64,000 nt of DNA from Candidatus Dormibacteria bacterium (GTDB taxonomy: Bacteria > Chloroflexota > Dormibacteria > Aeolococcales > Aeolococcaceae), in the NCBI GenBank assembly GCA_049521435.1, contig JBEKOU010000003.1, positions 174,642 through 238,641 of the forward strand, in the 5' to 3' direction. Shown one piece after another: positions 18,735 through 27,650 of this stretch. Numbering within the stretch: the stretch's first letter is position 1; each line of letters begins with the position of its first letter. The notes beneath the pieces are model-generated. The model searched no databases. It was not told where the DNA came from and was given only the letters and a program-made list of their open reading frames with translations. The position numbers and the translations under genes were made by a program.

Positions 18735-18769
18735 AGAGGCGAGGCGCGCCCGATGGCCGCCTCGCCTCT
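18735..18769. terminator. perfect 12-bp inverted repeat (agaggcgaggcg-n11-cgcctcgcctct) preceded by a GA-rich tract, between convergent recQ and the repeat protein
   Basis: Seen directly in the sequence. For the minus-strand transcript the hairpin is followed by a C/U-rich tract, so it is a plausible bidirectional terminator. Confidence 0.4.
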
Positions 18770-18777
18770 CACCAGGG

Positions 18778-20088
18778 TCAGTGTCCAGAGCCCCCGTGGC
18801 CGGGCGTGTTGTGCGGGCCACCGGACGTGCCGCCCTTCGGGTCCTGGTGGCCGAAGCCTGCCGGTGATCCGGTGCTCTGCGAGCCAGTCGCGACGAACAC
18901 GGGGTGGAACCGCAATGGGCCCGGGGTCGGGATGCTGCTGGGTGATCCGAGCGCGCCAGCCCAGGGCGATGGCGCCGGGTGGGTCACTGGCTTCGAGAGG
19001 ATGAATACGCTGCTGGCAGCAACGGTGTTCGACCCGGTCGAGGTCCCGTAGACGACCACCTGGTTGCCCACGGCCACATTGGAGAAGTCGGGCGAGGTCA
19101 CGCCGCGCTCCGTGTAGGTCGTGGAACTCGAGACGTTCACGGTGACCGTCTGGCTCTTCCAGGCCGCGACCGTGAAGCTGTCACTGGGGGAGGTCGTCAC
19201 CGACGATACCGTCCCCACCACCACCGGCCGCTGCATGATCGCCACACTGATGGCGGTTGCCGCGTCCGTCCCGGTGGATGTCCCGTAGACGACGACGTTG
19301 TCGCCGACGCCGACGTTGGCGAAGCCGGGCGAGGTCACGTTGCGCTCCGTGTAGGTCGTCGACCCGGTCACGGTCACCGTCCAGGTCTGACCCTTCTTCG
19401 CCATGACCGTGAAGCTGTCGCTGGGGGAGGTCGTCACCGACGCCACCGTCCCCGCCACGATCGGCCTCTGGATGATCACAACGCTGCCGGCGGTGACAGC
19501 GTCAGTGCCCGTGGAGGTCCCGTACACCACGACCTCGTCGCTGATGGCGACGTCGGAGAAGGTGGGCGAGGTCACGCCGCGTTCGGTGTAGGCGGTGGAC
19601 CCCGTGACGGTGATGGTCCAGGTCTGCCCCTTGCAAGCCGCCACCGTGAAGGTGTCGCTGCCCGGCGTCACGGTGGCCACGGTTCCAACCACGGCCGGCT
19701 TCACGATGATCGTCACGTTGGTGGCGCTGACCGTGTCGGTCGCTGTCGTGGTCCCGTATACGACCACCTCATCGCCCACCGCCACGTTGGCGAAGGTCGG
19801 CGAGGTGACGCTGCTGTCGGTGTAGGTCGTGGACCCCGAGACATCCACGGTCCACGTCACGCCCTTCTTGGTGGTGAGGGTGACGGTCTCACTGGGAGAG
19901 GTCGCCAGCGACGCCACCGTCCCCGAGACGGCCGGTGCCGGGTTGGGGGAGTACCAGGGGCTGCCCGCTGAACCGGACCCCGGTTCGACCCCGGACCGGC
20001 TGACGGCGCCGACACCGACAGCACCGGCTGTCATGAGGGCAAGGGCCAGCCCCACGCCGAGGACTCCACGACCCGCGCGGCGCGGCAT
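18778..20088 (-). CDS. secreted protein made of four tandem ~78-aa repeats with a His/Gly-rich C-terminus
   Basis: Probable start 'MPRRAGRGVLGVGLALALMTAGAVGVGAV' (signal peptide). The repeat unit is 'VVGTVxSVTxSPSDxFTVxAxKGQTWTVTVTGSTxYTERGVTSPxFxNVAVGDxVVVYGTSTGxDxVTA', repeated four times with a 234-nt period. The tail is 'HQDPKGGTSGGPHNTPGHGGSGH'. Confidence 0.7.
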   Translation of the reverse strand: MPRRAGRGVLGVGLALALMTAGAVGVGAVSRSGVEPGSGSAGSPWYSPNPAPAVSGTVASLATSPSETVTLTTKKGVTWTVDVSGSTTYTDSSVTSPTFANVAVGDEVVVYGTTTATDTVSATNVTIIVKPAVVGTVATVTPGSDTFTVAACKGQTWTITVTGSTAYTERGVTSPTFSDVAISDEVVVYGTSTGTDAVTAGSVVIIQRPIVAGTVASVTTSPSDSFTVMAKKGQTWTVTVTGSTTYTERNVTSPGFANVGVGDNVVVYGTSTGTDAATAISVAIMQRPVVVGTVSSVTTSPSDSFTVAAWKSQTVTVNVSSSTTYTERGVTSPDFSNVAVGNQVVVYGTSTGSNTVAASSVFILSKPVTHPAPSPWAGALGSPSSIPTPGPLRFHPVFVATGSQSTGSPAGFGHQDPKGGTSGGPHNTPGHGGSGH

Positions 20089-20353
20089 GAGGTTGTGAAG
20101 GCGGAATCGCCTCCGTGTCACGTCCATAGCACTCAGTTTCATGTATCTCTCCCGATTCAAGCCTGGCGGTCATCCGGCATTCGGACCCGGACCCAGCCAA
20201 CGTCCCAGAGGGACTCGGCCGATGGCCCAGCGGGGTAGTTGCACAGCCCAGGCTACCGCAACCGCACCGCGACCTGCTCGTACATCACCGTTACAATCCA
20301 CCCAAACGCAACTCGCCTCCCGTCGGAGTTGGGCGTCCCGCACGCCGTCTGCG

Positions 20354-21178
20354 ATGATCGCGTGGCGGATGAGCCAGGTCACCGACACGTACACCCACGG
20401 CCACCAGGACGCGGTTCTCCGCTCCCATCGCTGGCGGACGGTGGAGAACTCGGCCACGTACCTTCTCCCCCACCTCCGGCCCGGAATGAGCCTGCTCGAC
20501 GTCGGCTGTGGGCCGGGGACCCTGACCGCCGGCCTGGCCATGCGGGTCGTTCCCGGTGAGGTCCTGGCCGTCGACGTCTCCGCGGAGGTGATCGCGGAGG
20601 CGGAGGCACACGCCCGCGAGGTGGGGGCCACGAACGTCAGCTTCGCCGTGGGCGACTTTCGCTCCGCTGGGCTCGCCGCGGGGTCCTTCGACGTGGTCCA
20701 CGCCCACCAGGTGCTCCAACACCTGCGCGACCCGGTGGGCGCCCTGAAGGAGATGCGCCGGCTGGTGCGTCCGGGAGGCGTGGTGGCGGTGCGGGACGGT
20801 GACTACTCCGCCATGGTGTGGTCGCCGCCAGAACCCCGGCTCGATCGCTGGCGCGAGATCTACCTGGCGGTGACGCGGCACAACGGCGCCGAGGCGGACG
20901 CCGGGCGCCGGCTGCTGCACTGGGCCCGGGAGGCGGGGTTTCAGGAGCTCTCCTTCTTCACCTCCAACTGGACATTCGCCACCCCGGACGATCGCGGCTG
21001 GTGGTCGGAGCTGTGGGCGGAGCGGACGACCTCGTCGGCATTCGCCCGGCAGGCGGTCGAGTACGGGATCGCGACCGCGGCGGAGCTGGAGGACGTCGCG
21101 GCGGGTTGGCGAGCCTGGGGGGCGCTCGCCGACGCCGTCTTCATCGTTGTCAGCGGCGAGATCCTCGCGCGCGGCTGA
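20354..21178 (+). CDS. class I SAM-dependent methyltransferase
   Basis: Motif I 'LLDVGCGPGTLTAGLA', then 'VHAHQVLQHLRDP' and 'RLVRPGGVVAV'. Alternative ATG at 20369. Confidence 0.8.
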   Translation: MIAWRMSQVTDTYTHGHQDAVLRSHRWRTVENSATYLLPHLRPGMSLLDVGCGPGTLTAGLAMRVVPGEVLAVDVSAEVIAEAEAHAREVGATNVSFAVGDFRSAGLAAGSFDVVHAHQVLQHLRDPVGALKEMRRLVRPGGVVAVRDGDYSAMVWSPPEPRLDRWREIYLAVTRHNGAEADAGRRLLHWAREAGFQELSFFTSNWTFATPDDRGWWSELWAERTTSSAFARQAVEYGIATAAELEDVAAGWRAWGALADAVFIVVSGEILARG

Positions 21179-21184
21179 CGCGGA

Positions 21185-21850
21185 TCAGGCGAGCCGTCCC
21201 AGCTGGTCTCCGACCTCCTCGGGCCGGTGGAGGAGGAGCGTTCCGTTGGGGTGGATCGCTCCCGGATGAGCGGCGGGTAGGCCCCAGACCGCCCGCCAGA
21301 CGGTGACGCCGGCTCGCCGACCCGCCTCGACGTCGTGGTCGCTGTCGCCCACGAACACGGCCTGAGCCGGGGGGACGCCGAGCCGCGCGAGTGCGAGGAG
21401 CAGCCCCTCCGGGCTCGGCTTGGGCCGGGTGACGTCCTCCAGCCCGATCACGACCGGAAAGTGTCGGCGGAGGCCGGTGGCGTCCAGACCTCGCTCGAGG
21501 GCGGCGAGGCGCCGCGAGGAGACCACCGCCATGAGCAGCCCGGCCCGGTCGAGCTTCCTGAGCAGCGCGATGATCCCCGGGAAGCGGCGGGGCGCCTCCG
21601 GGCGCTCAAAGAGCGGCAGGATCTCGGGGGCCCGGTCCGGCCAGGCTAGCTCTATGCGGCTCACGAGCGGCTCACCCTCGAGGCTCCAGAAGGTCTCGAC
21701 CCCGGCAGCGGCCGCGGGATCCGATGCGACCAGCTCGGCGACCGCGGCCTCGTCCACGAACCGGCTGGCCACGAGCGTGCCGTCGAAGTCGAAGACGACG
21801 GCGTCGACCGCGGGCTGAGGCAGGCGGGGTGAGGTGGGGTGGGCGGCCAT
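21185..21850 (-). CDS. HAD-family phosphatase (phosphoglycolate-phosphatase-like)
   Basis: ATG at 21850. Motif I 'VVFDFDGTLVAS'. Motif III 'VFVGDSDHDVEAGRRAG'. Confidence 0.75.
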   Translation of the reverse strand: MAAHPTSPRLPQPAVDAVVFDFDGTLVASRFVDEAAVAELVASDPAAAAGVETFWSLEGEPLVSRIELAWPDRAPEILPLFERPEAPRRFPGIIALLRKLDRAGLLMAVVSSRRLAALERGLDATGLRRHFPVVIGLEDVTRPKPSPEGLLLALARLGVPPAQAVFVGDSDHDVEAGRRAGVTVWRAVWGLPAAHPGAIHPNGTLLLHRPEEVGDQLGRLA

Positions 21851-21997
21851 GGTATGAGGCTCCGGGTCGTCCCCGGGGAGCGAGACTATCACCGCCGGCT
21901 GGGAGGAGGGGATGGCGAATCCGTCGCGGAGGTGCACGGACCTCGGTGGCCGGCCGGTCGAGGCGAGGGCCGGGGCGCGCCGACTACGGGGGTGCCG

Positions 21998-22351
21998 TCA
22001 GTGGAAGATGAGCATCGCGGCGCCGACGCCGACGATGAGCGGTGCTCCGACGCAGGCTGCAAACATCTGCACGGACTCCGTCTCCCGGGGCCACCACTCG
22101 TGCGGGACGGCGCGGTTGATCGGTACGCGCGCTCGGCGGCGCCGCGGCGACTGGCCGAAGACCACGGTGAGTGCGAGACAGAAGAGGGAGACGAAGAGCG
22201 CGTAGTCGGCGGTGGTGGCCGCCGCGTGGGTGGCGCCGGCACGCCACATCAGCGCGACCACGAGGAAGGTGCCGAGGCCGAGGAGCGCACCGAGGATGGC
22301 CCCGCGGAGGGGGACCGCAAGGCTGAGGCGCGGCTCGCGCGGCATGGTCAT
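21998..22351 (-). CDS. hypothetical small membrane protein (2 predicted TM helices)
   Basis: The only evidence is the ORF 21998..22429 and hydrophobic segments. The start is uncertain. Confidence 0.3.
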   Translation of the reverse strand: MTMPREPRLSLAVPLRGAILGALLGLGTFLVVALMWRAGATHAAATTADYALFVSLFCLALTVVFGQSPRRRRARVPINRAVPHEWWPRETESVQMFAACVGAPLIVGVGAAMLIFH

Positions 22352-22475
22352 GACGCCGCCCAGCGTACCACCCGGTACCGATGGAGCAGGCATCCCCGGC
22401 GGCCACCGGGAGAGGCTGGCGCCCGTCACACCGGGGGTCGTTTCGTGACAATGTGCAACAAACCTGGAACGTCGG

Positions 22476-22504
22476 TTGACCGGATCGTTGCAGGCGCATA
22501 CTCT
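22476..22504 (+). promoter_or_regulatory. putative sigma-70-type promoter for the LysM/SLT gene (-35 TTGACC, 17-nt spacer, -10 TACTCT)
   Basis: A lower-GC island upstream of the ATG at 22575. That ATG has an AGGAAA Shine-Dalgarno sequence 8 nt upstream. Confidence 0.25.
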
Positions 22505-22574
22505 CAGATGGCACCACGAAGAGCGGGGTGCAGTCCCCCACCGGTCCTACCCAACGTCCCAGCAGGAAATCCTG

Positions 22575-23372
22575 ATGTCCCCACGCTCTCGGTTCGCCCT
22601 GGCAGCCCTCGGCGCGACTGCCGTTGCTGCCGCACCCGCCGCGGTGATGGCCTCGACCTATGTGGTGAGGCCCGGCGACACCCTGACCGGGATCGCCCTG
22701 CGCCACGGCTCGTCGGTCCAGGCCCTCGTCGACGCCAACCAGCTGGGCGCTCCCGGGCCGCTTCGCGTCGGCCAGCTGCTCGAGATCCCCGACCCTTCGC
22801 GCAGCCTGCCCGCCTATGTCGCGGGTAGCCAGGACCTCGACACCTGCACGGTGAGCGCGGGCGAGACCCTCTGGACCATCTCCCGGCGCTACGGCGTCGA
22901 CCCCACGGCCCTGGCTCGCGCCAACGGGCTGAACGTCAACGCCCTGCTGCCGGCCGGCGCTCCGATCCAGGTCCCCGGACGCCTGGTCCGGGTCAACGCC
23001 CTGCTGACCCACGTGGCCCAGCAGGCCGAGGTGGAGCCGGGACTGGTCAAGGCGGTGGCGTGGATGGAGTCGGGCTGGCGACAGGATCTGGCCTCACCCA
23101 CCGGAGCCGTTGGTCTGATGCAGGTCGAGCCCTACACGGGCGAGTGGGTCTCCCAGTTCCTGGCCCACCGGGCCCTCAACCTGCGCACCGCCGAGGACAA
23201 CGTGACCGCCGGAACCCTCCTGCTGGGCCACCTGATCTGGATGCATGGGGGAGACACCGCTCAGGCGCTCGCCGCCTACTACCAGGGCGACGCCAGCATC
23301 GCCGAGCACGGGCTCTTCCTCGACACCCAGCAGTATCAGCGCGCGGTCCTCGACCTGATGGCGTCGGACTAG
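22575..23372 (+). CDS. secreted lytic transglycosylase with two LysM domains
   Basis: Signal peptide 'MSPRSRFALAALGATAVAAAPAAVMA'. Two LysM domains ('YVVRPGDTLTGIALRHG', 'CTVSAGETLWTISRRYG'). The SLT domain has 'AVAWMESGW...GLMQV'. Confidence 0.8.
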   Translation: MSPRSRFALAALGATAVAAAPAAVMASTYVVRPGDTLTGIALRHGSSVQALVDANQLGAPGPLRVGQLLEIPDPSRSLPAYVAGSQDLDTCTVSAGETLWTISRRYGVDPTALARANGLNVNALLPAGAPIQVPGRLVRVNALLTHVAQQAEVEPGLVKAVAWMESGWRQDLASPTGAVGLMQVEPYTGEWVSQFLAHRALNLRTAEDNVTAGTLLLGHLIWMHGGDTAQALAAYYQGDASIAEHGLFLDTQQYQRAVLDLMASD

Positions 23373-23455
23373 CCGGACTGGGTGGCCGCTCTCTCGAGTG
23401 GCTTTTCCACAGGGTTGCGCACAGGTTTTGCCCAGCGTGGTCCGGCTGCGTCCGG

Positions 23456-24280
23456 TCAGGCGGCGGTCTCTCCCGAGGCCGCCCCTTCCCGGATCTCGGG
23501 GACCGGGAGGGAGAGGCAGCGCACCCCGCCTCCCGACTTCATGAACTCGCCCATGGGCAAGCCCAGCGCCCGGTAGCCCGCCGCCCGGAGCTGGCCGCTC
23601 AGCCCCTCCACCGCCTCGGAGGAGATGGCCACGTCGCCGACAACCATGGCGTTGCAGGCGAAGCCGGCCGCAATGTCGTCGGGGACCTCGATGACCCGCC
23701 CGGCCAGACGCCGCACCGCCTCCCGCGAGGCGGACGAGAAGGCCGCCGGGGCATAGAGGATGGCGCCGCCGTCGAGGGGGCAGAAGCAGGTGTCCAGGTG
23801 GTAGTAGCGGGGGTCGACGAGTTCCAGTTCCACGACGTCGACGCCGAGGGCACGGGCGACCAGGGGGATCGCGGCCCGGTCGGTGCGGAAGCCGTGCCCG
23901 CAGACCAGGGTGTCCCCGACGAAGAGGGCGTCCCCGGCTCCCTCGAAGGGGATGCCTGCGGTGTCGAGCATCGGCGTTCCCCGGCGGCTGAAGAGCTCCC
24001 GCCAGCGCGCCTCCTCCCCCTGCCTCTCAGGGTGCCGGAACCGGCTGAGCACCACCCGGCCGCCGTGCGTCACCCCGGCGTTGGCCGTGAAGACCATGTC
24101 GGGGAGCCCGGGCACGGGGTCGGCGACCACGACCTCGACACCGAGGTCCTGGTAGGTGGCGCGCAGAGCCCCCCATTGGTCCGCGGCCCGCCGGGCGTCG
24201 ACGGGGCTCGCGACGTGCATCCAGGGATTGATCTCGTAGATCACCCCGAAGTGGGTGGGGGGGCACATGAGGATGGGCAT
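23456..24280 (-). CDS. amidinotransferase-superfamily enzyme (dimethylarginine dimethylaminohydrolase-like)
   Basis: 'YHLDTCFCPL' and a C-terminal catalytic 'GGGVRCLSL', which form the His/Cys pattern of the DDAH/ADI fold. Confidence 0.7.
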   Translation of the reverse strand: MPILMCPPTHFGVIYEINPWMHVASPVDARRAADQWGALRATYQDLGVEVVVADPVPGLPDMVFTANAGVTHGGRVVLSRFRHPERQGEEARWRELFSRRGTPMLDTAGIPFEGAGDALFVGDTLVCGHGFRTDRAAIPLVARALGVDVVELELVDPRYYHLDTCFCPLDGGAILYAPAAFSSASREAVRRLAGRVIEVPDDIAAGFACNAMVVGDVAISSEAVEGLSGQLRAAGYRALGLPMGEFMKSGGGVRCLSLPVPEIREGAASGETAA

Positions 24281-24402
24281 CGCCGATGCCTCGTCGGGAC
24301 GGGCCGATCGCGCCAGGGCGGGGAACTCCCGTCAACCGATGAGCCGATCATCGCACAGGCCCGGACGCGGGACCGCGATGGCCCGCGCTGAGGCGGACCG
24401 CC

Positions 24403-25452
24403 TCAGGGGAGGGGGCGCGACGAGACCTCGAGGGGGAGGGCGGTCAGGACGGTGGGCCGGAAGCCCCGAGCCGGGACCGGCCGGCTGGGTGGTGGAGGCA
24501 CCGGATCCCGGCGGACGCACCAGGCCGGGTCGATGTCATCGCGCAGGGTGACGACCTCGGCACCGCACAGGCTGCCATCGGCACCGCGATTGCGGTAATC
24601 GACGGTGGCGATGAGCGGTGACCGCATCCGGCCGCCGGGCGCCGCCCACCGCCAGAGCGTCGAGGTCTCGGCGATCTCCGCCGTCCCCGCCTCGGTGAGC
24701 CGCGAGCCCTGGTACTCGGCCAGCCGGAGGCGGCGATGGCGGGTGGATCCCAGAACCCTGTCGGTGCCGACCACGAGACAGTGGGCCCGGTGCCTCAGGG
24801 GGATGCGGAGGCGGTCCGGCGAAGCCATCCCGGGGTGGTAGTGGGAGCTTCCCCGCCGGGCGAGGAGCGCGGGCAGGTGGCGGGGAGCGGCGGCGTCCGC
24901 GAGTGCCTCCCCTTCTCCGATGACCCAATCGGGCACCTGGATTCGGGAGTCGGGAAGGGCTATCCCTCGGAGCAGGTCGAGCCGGCGGTCGAGGGCCAGC
25001 CCCATGGTGGCCCGGGCGCCCAGGTGGAGGAGGTCGATGGCCAGATAGACGGCGGGCAGCCTCTGGTGCGTGGCCGGTCCCAGGGCCATCCTCTCCCCCA
25101 GCGCGACCAGATCGGGGCAACCGGACGGGTCGAGGACGGCGACGACCCCATCGAGGACGACCGAGCGGAACGCCAGCGGCTCGGCCGCAGCCACGATCTC
25201 TGGATACCGGTCGCTGACGTCGGCGAGCGTCTCGCTCTGGAGACGGACAACCCCGGGGGAGGCGAAGAGGAGTGTCCGCGCCCCGTCCCAGTCGATCGAG
25301 AAGCGGAAGTCGGGATCGTCGAAGGCCCCGACACAAGGGACCGAGGACTCCGGGAGGACCCGTCCCGGGAGCGCCGGAGGGACGGGGAGGCGGAGGGGAA
25401 GAGCGGCGTCCTCAGGGTCCGGACGGTTGTCCCGATCGGTGGTCGGTCGCAC
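24403..25452 (-). CDS. ATP-dependent DNA-ligase-like protein (LigD/LigC type) whose catalytic motifs lack lysine
   Basis: Adenylation-domain-like motifs: 'FRFSIDWDGAR', 'VVLDGVVAVLD', 'ALLARRGSSHYHPG' and 'RLRIPL'. It lies 6 bp downstream of ku on the same strand. Confidence 0.7.
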   Translation of the reverse strand: MRPTTDRDNRPDPEDAALPLRLPVPPALPGRVLPESSVPCVGAFDDPDFRFSIDWDGARTLLFASPGVVRLQSETLADVSDRYPEIVAAAEPLAFRSVVLDGVVAVLDPSGCPDLVALGERMALGPATHQRLPAVYLAIDLLHLGARATMGLALDRRLDLLRGIALPDSRIQVPDWVIGEGEALADAAAPRHLPALLARRGSSHYHPGMASPDRLRIPLRHRAHCLVVGTDRVLGSTRHRRLRLAEYQGSRLTEAGTAEIAETSTLWRWAAPGGRMRSPLIATVDYRNRGADGSLCGAEVVTLRDDIDPAWCVRRDPVPPPPSRPVPARGFRPTVLTALPLEVSSRPLP

Positions 25453-25457
25453 CCTAT

Positions 25458-26330
25458 TCAGGACGCGCGGCGGCGACGGGCGGACGCGGTGGCCCGTTCC
25501 GGCTCGGCCTCTTCGGCGATGCCGTCCTCCCGTCGACGGGCCGAAGCCTCGACCGACGCCTTGAGGACGGCCATCAGGTCGGTGATCTGAGCGAGCGGCG
25601 GTGAGGGGATGCGCTCGAGCGGCCGGTCGTTGAGCTTCGCCTCGACCAGGCTCTCGACGGCGTCCCGATACCCATCCCGATGCCGCGCAGGATCGAAGCG
25701 GGCGGCGAGGTTCTCGACGAGCATCACGGCCATCTCCAGCTCCCGGGCGTGGACCTCGACCTCCGCCTCGGGGAGGGCGAGCTGTCCCGCGTCCCGGATC
25801 TCGTCCGGCCAGTGGAGGGTGTTGAGCAGGATGGCCCGCTCGTGGAGCGCCAGGCGGCAGAGGTGCTCACGGTCGCGCATGGCGACCTTGCCGACCGCGA
25901 CCTTCCCGGTCTTCTGGAGGGCCATCCTCAGAAGCTGGTAGGGCTTGACCCCGACTGCCTCGGGCTCTAGGTAGTAGGCACCCTTGACGTAGACCCCCGC
26001 GTCGATCTCGGAGTCATCGCAGAACTCCAGGATCTCGATGGTCCGGGTCGACGCCAGGGGCAGGTTGTCCAGCTCCTCGTCCTCGATCCGCACGTACTCG
26101 TCCTTGCCGACCTCGAAGCCGCGCACGGCGTCGTTCCAGCCGACCTCGCACTCCTCGACGGGGCACCACCGCTTGTTCCGGAGCGGCGCGCCGTCGCGCG
26201 GGCAGAGGAGGCGGAAGGCGACCCCCTTGGACTCGTTGGCGAGGTACATCCGCACCGGGATGGCGACCATCCCGAAGCTGATCGCACCCCGCCACATCGA
26301 CCTGGGCATCGATCGAGTATATGCGGACAT
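25458..26330 (-). CDS. ku: Ku protein (non-homologous end joining)
   Basis: 'MWRGAISFGMVAIPVRMY' is the canonical Ku N-terminus. A basic C-terminal tail is present. Confidence 0.9.
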   Translation of the reverse strand: MSAYTRSMPRSMWRGAISFGMVAIPVRMYLANESKGVAFRLLCPRDGAPLRNKRWCPVEECEVGWNDAVRGFEVGKDEYVRIEDEELDNLPLASTRTIEILEFCDDSEIDAGVYVKGAYYLEPEAVGVKPYQLLRMALQKTGKVAVGKVAMRDREHLCRLALHERAILLNTLHWPDEIRDAGQLALPEAEVEVHARELEMAVMLVENLAARFDPARHRDGYRDAVESLVEAKLNDRPLERIPSPPLAQITDLMAVLKASVEASARRREDGIAEEAEPERATASARRRRAS

Positions 26331-26383
26331 CCCCGGCCGCGGCGAGGCGGACGGGGAGCAACCCTAGGCGGTCAGCCGATCGC

Positions 26384-27643
26384 TCACCACTGCTGGCGGG
26401 TCGCCGGCGAGCTCCCCATCAGGTCGAAACCGGGGTCCTCCACTGGGACGAAGGCGGACTCCACCGCCACCCGACCCGGGCCGATGCAGCGCAGCCAGAG
26501 GTAGCGGTTTCCCCACGACCGCCACGAGCGGTAGGCGCCCGCCGGGTGCTCGAAGTGGAGGTGCATGGAGACGGAGAGGTCCTTGTAGAGGAGCGCGGTG
26601 GGCTTGATGAGCATGGTCTCGCCGGGGCCGAGGCGCCGGACGAAGGCGTTGCCCTTGGCGTGGAGCAGCACCAGCCCGGGCGCCCGGGGCGCGGTGAACC
26701 GGTCCAGGAACTGGCCCATCGGGTAGTGGGTCTCCTGCTCGTTCTGGCCCTTCATGGTGGTGAAGTAGATCCCGCTCATCACCCAGTCATAGGCGGTCGC
26801 CCCGCTGGCGATGAGCATGGTGTGCTCGCGCACCTCGACCCCGCTGCCAACCTGGATGGGCAGGGCGACGATCTCGCCGGCCGCATCGTGGCTGAAGGCG
26901 ATGTGACCCTTGCCGGTGGCCTGGACCATCACCAGGGGCATGCCGGCGAACGTCCGGCTCCAGCCGCCCCGGAGCTTCAGGGTGTCGATGGTGACGCCGT
27001 CGTCGCGGAACAGCAGGGTGTGGTGCATGAAGTAGACCGACTCGCCACCGTCGAGGGTCACGTCGGCCACCGGGACCACGGTGCCCTCGATCTGGCAGGT
27101 GGACTGGCCGAACTGGATGCGGGCCATGTCCTTGACGGCGGGGAGCTGGGTCCAGCCGGAGGTGTCCTGGATGGCGCGGACGTCGACGGGGGCGCCGCAG
27201 GAGGGGCAGCTCGTACCGGGGTTCTGGCTCGACATGGAGCACCAGGGACAGGTGTAGGAGCCGGGCGGGGCCGGGGCCGCAGCCGGCGGCTGGGCCATCG
27301 CGGGCGGCGGCGCGAAGGGCGTGCCGGGTGGCACCTGCTGGGGCGGGAAGGGTCCGCCGGGGCCCGGCATCCGCGAGATGTCGGGGATGGGGATGCCCAG
27401 GGGTCCGCGCCGGAACGGGAAGGGCATGCCCGGCTGTGGTGCCCAGCCGGGAGCGCCGGCTGGCTGGCCACCGGGGGACGCGGGCCCGGCGGGCGGGGGC
27501 CCCGGGGGCGGGCCGCCGGGCTGGACCGGATTGGCCGGGGAGCCGAAGTTCGGAGAGCCCTGCCCCGGGGCGGGTGCCGGGTTGGCGGGGGAGCCCCACT
27601 TGGGAGAACCCTGATCAGGCGGCGGCGGAGGGTTGGAGGCCAT
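26384..27643 (-). CDS. AIM24/DUF124-family protein with N-terminal Pro-rich low-complexity region and zinc ribbon
   Basis: The N-terminus repeats 'GSPxxGSPANP' with poly-Pro. A C4 ribbon 'CPWCS...CPSCG' follows. The AIM24-like core includes 'TLDGGESVYFMHHTLLF...KLRGGWSRTFAGMPLVMVQATGKGHIAFSHDAAGEIVALPIQ'. Confidence 0.8.
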   Translation of the reverse strand: MASNPPPPPDQGSPKWGSPANPAPAPGQGSPNFGSPANPVQPGGPPPGPPPAGPASPGGQPAGAPGWAPQPGMPFPFRRGPLGIPIPDISRMPGPGGPFPPQQVPPGTPFAPPPAMAQPPAAAPAPPGSYTCPWCSMSSQNPGTSCPSCGAPVDVRAIQDTSGWTQLPAVKDMARIQFGQSTCQIEGTVVPVADVTLDGGESVYFMHHTLLFRDDGVTIDTLKLRGGWSRTFAGMPLVMVQATGKGHIAFSHDAAGEIVALPIQVGSGVEVREHTMLIASGATAYDWVMSGIYFTTMKGQNEQETHYPMGQFLDRFTAPRAPGLVLLHAKGNAFVRRLGPGETMLIKPTALLYKDLSVSMHLHFEHPAGAYRSWRSWGNRYLWLRCIGPGRVAVESAFVPVEDPGFDLMGSSPATRQQW

Positions 27644-27650
27644 CTCGCCG

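Noticed and set aside
20141-20353. The N-terminal 70-aa extension of the methyltransferase ORF (MYLSRFKPGGHPAF...).
   Set aside because: The extension overlaps the divergent promoter region of the repeat-protein gene. It is Arg/Pro/Thr-rich. The internal ATG at 20354 or 20369 gives a normal methyltransferase N-terminus.
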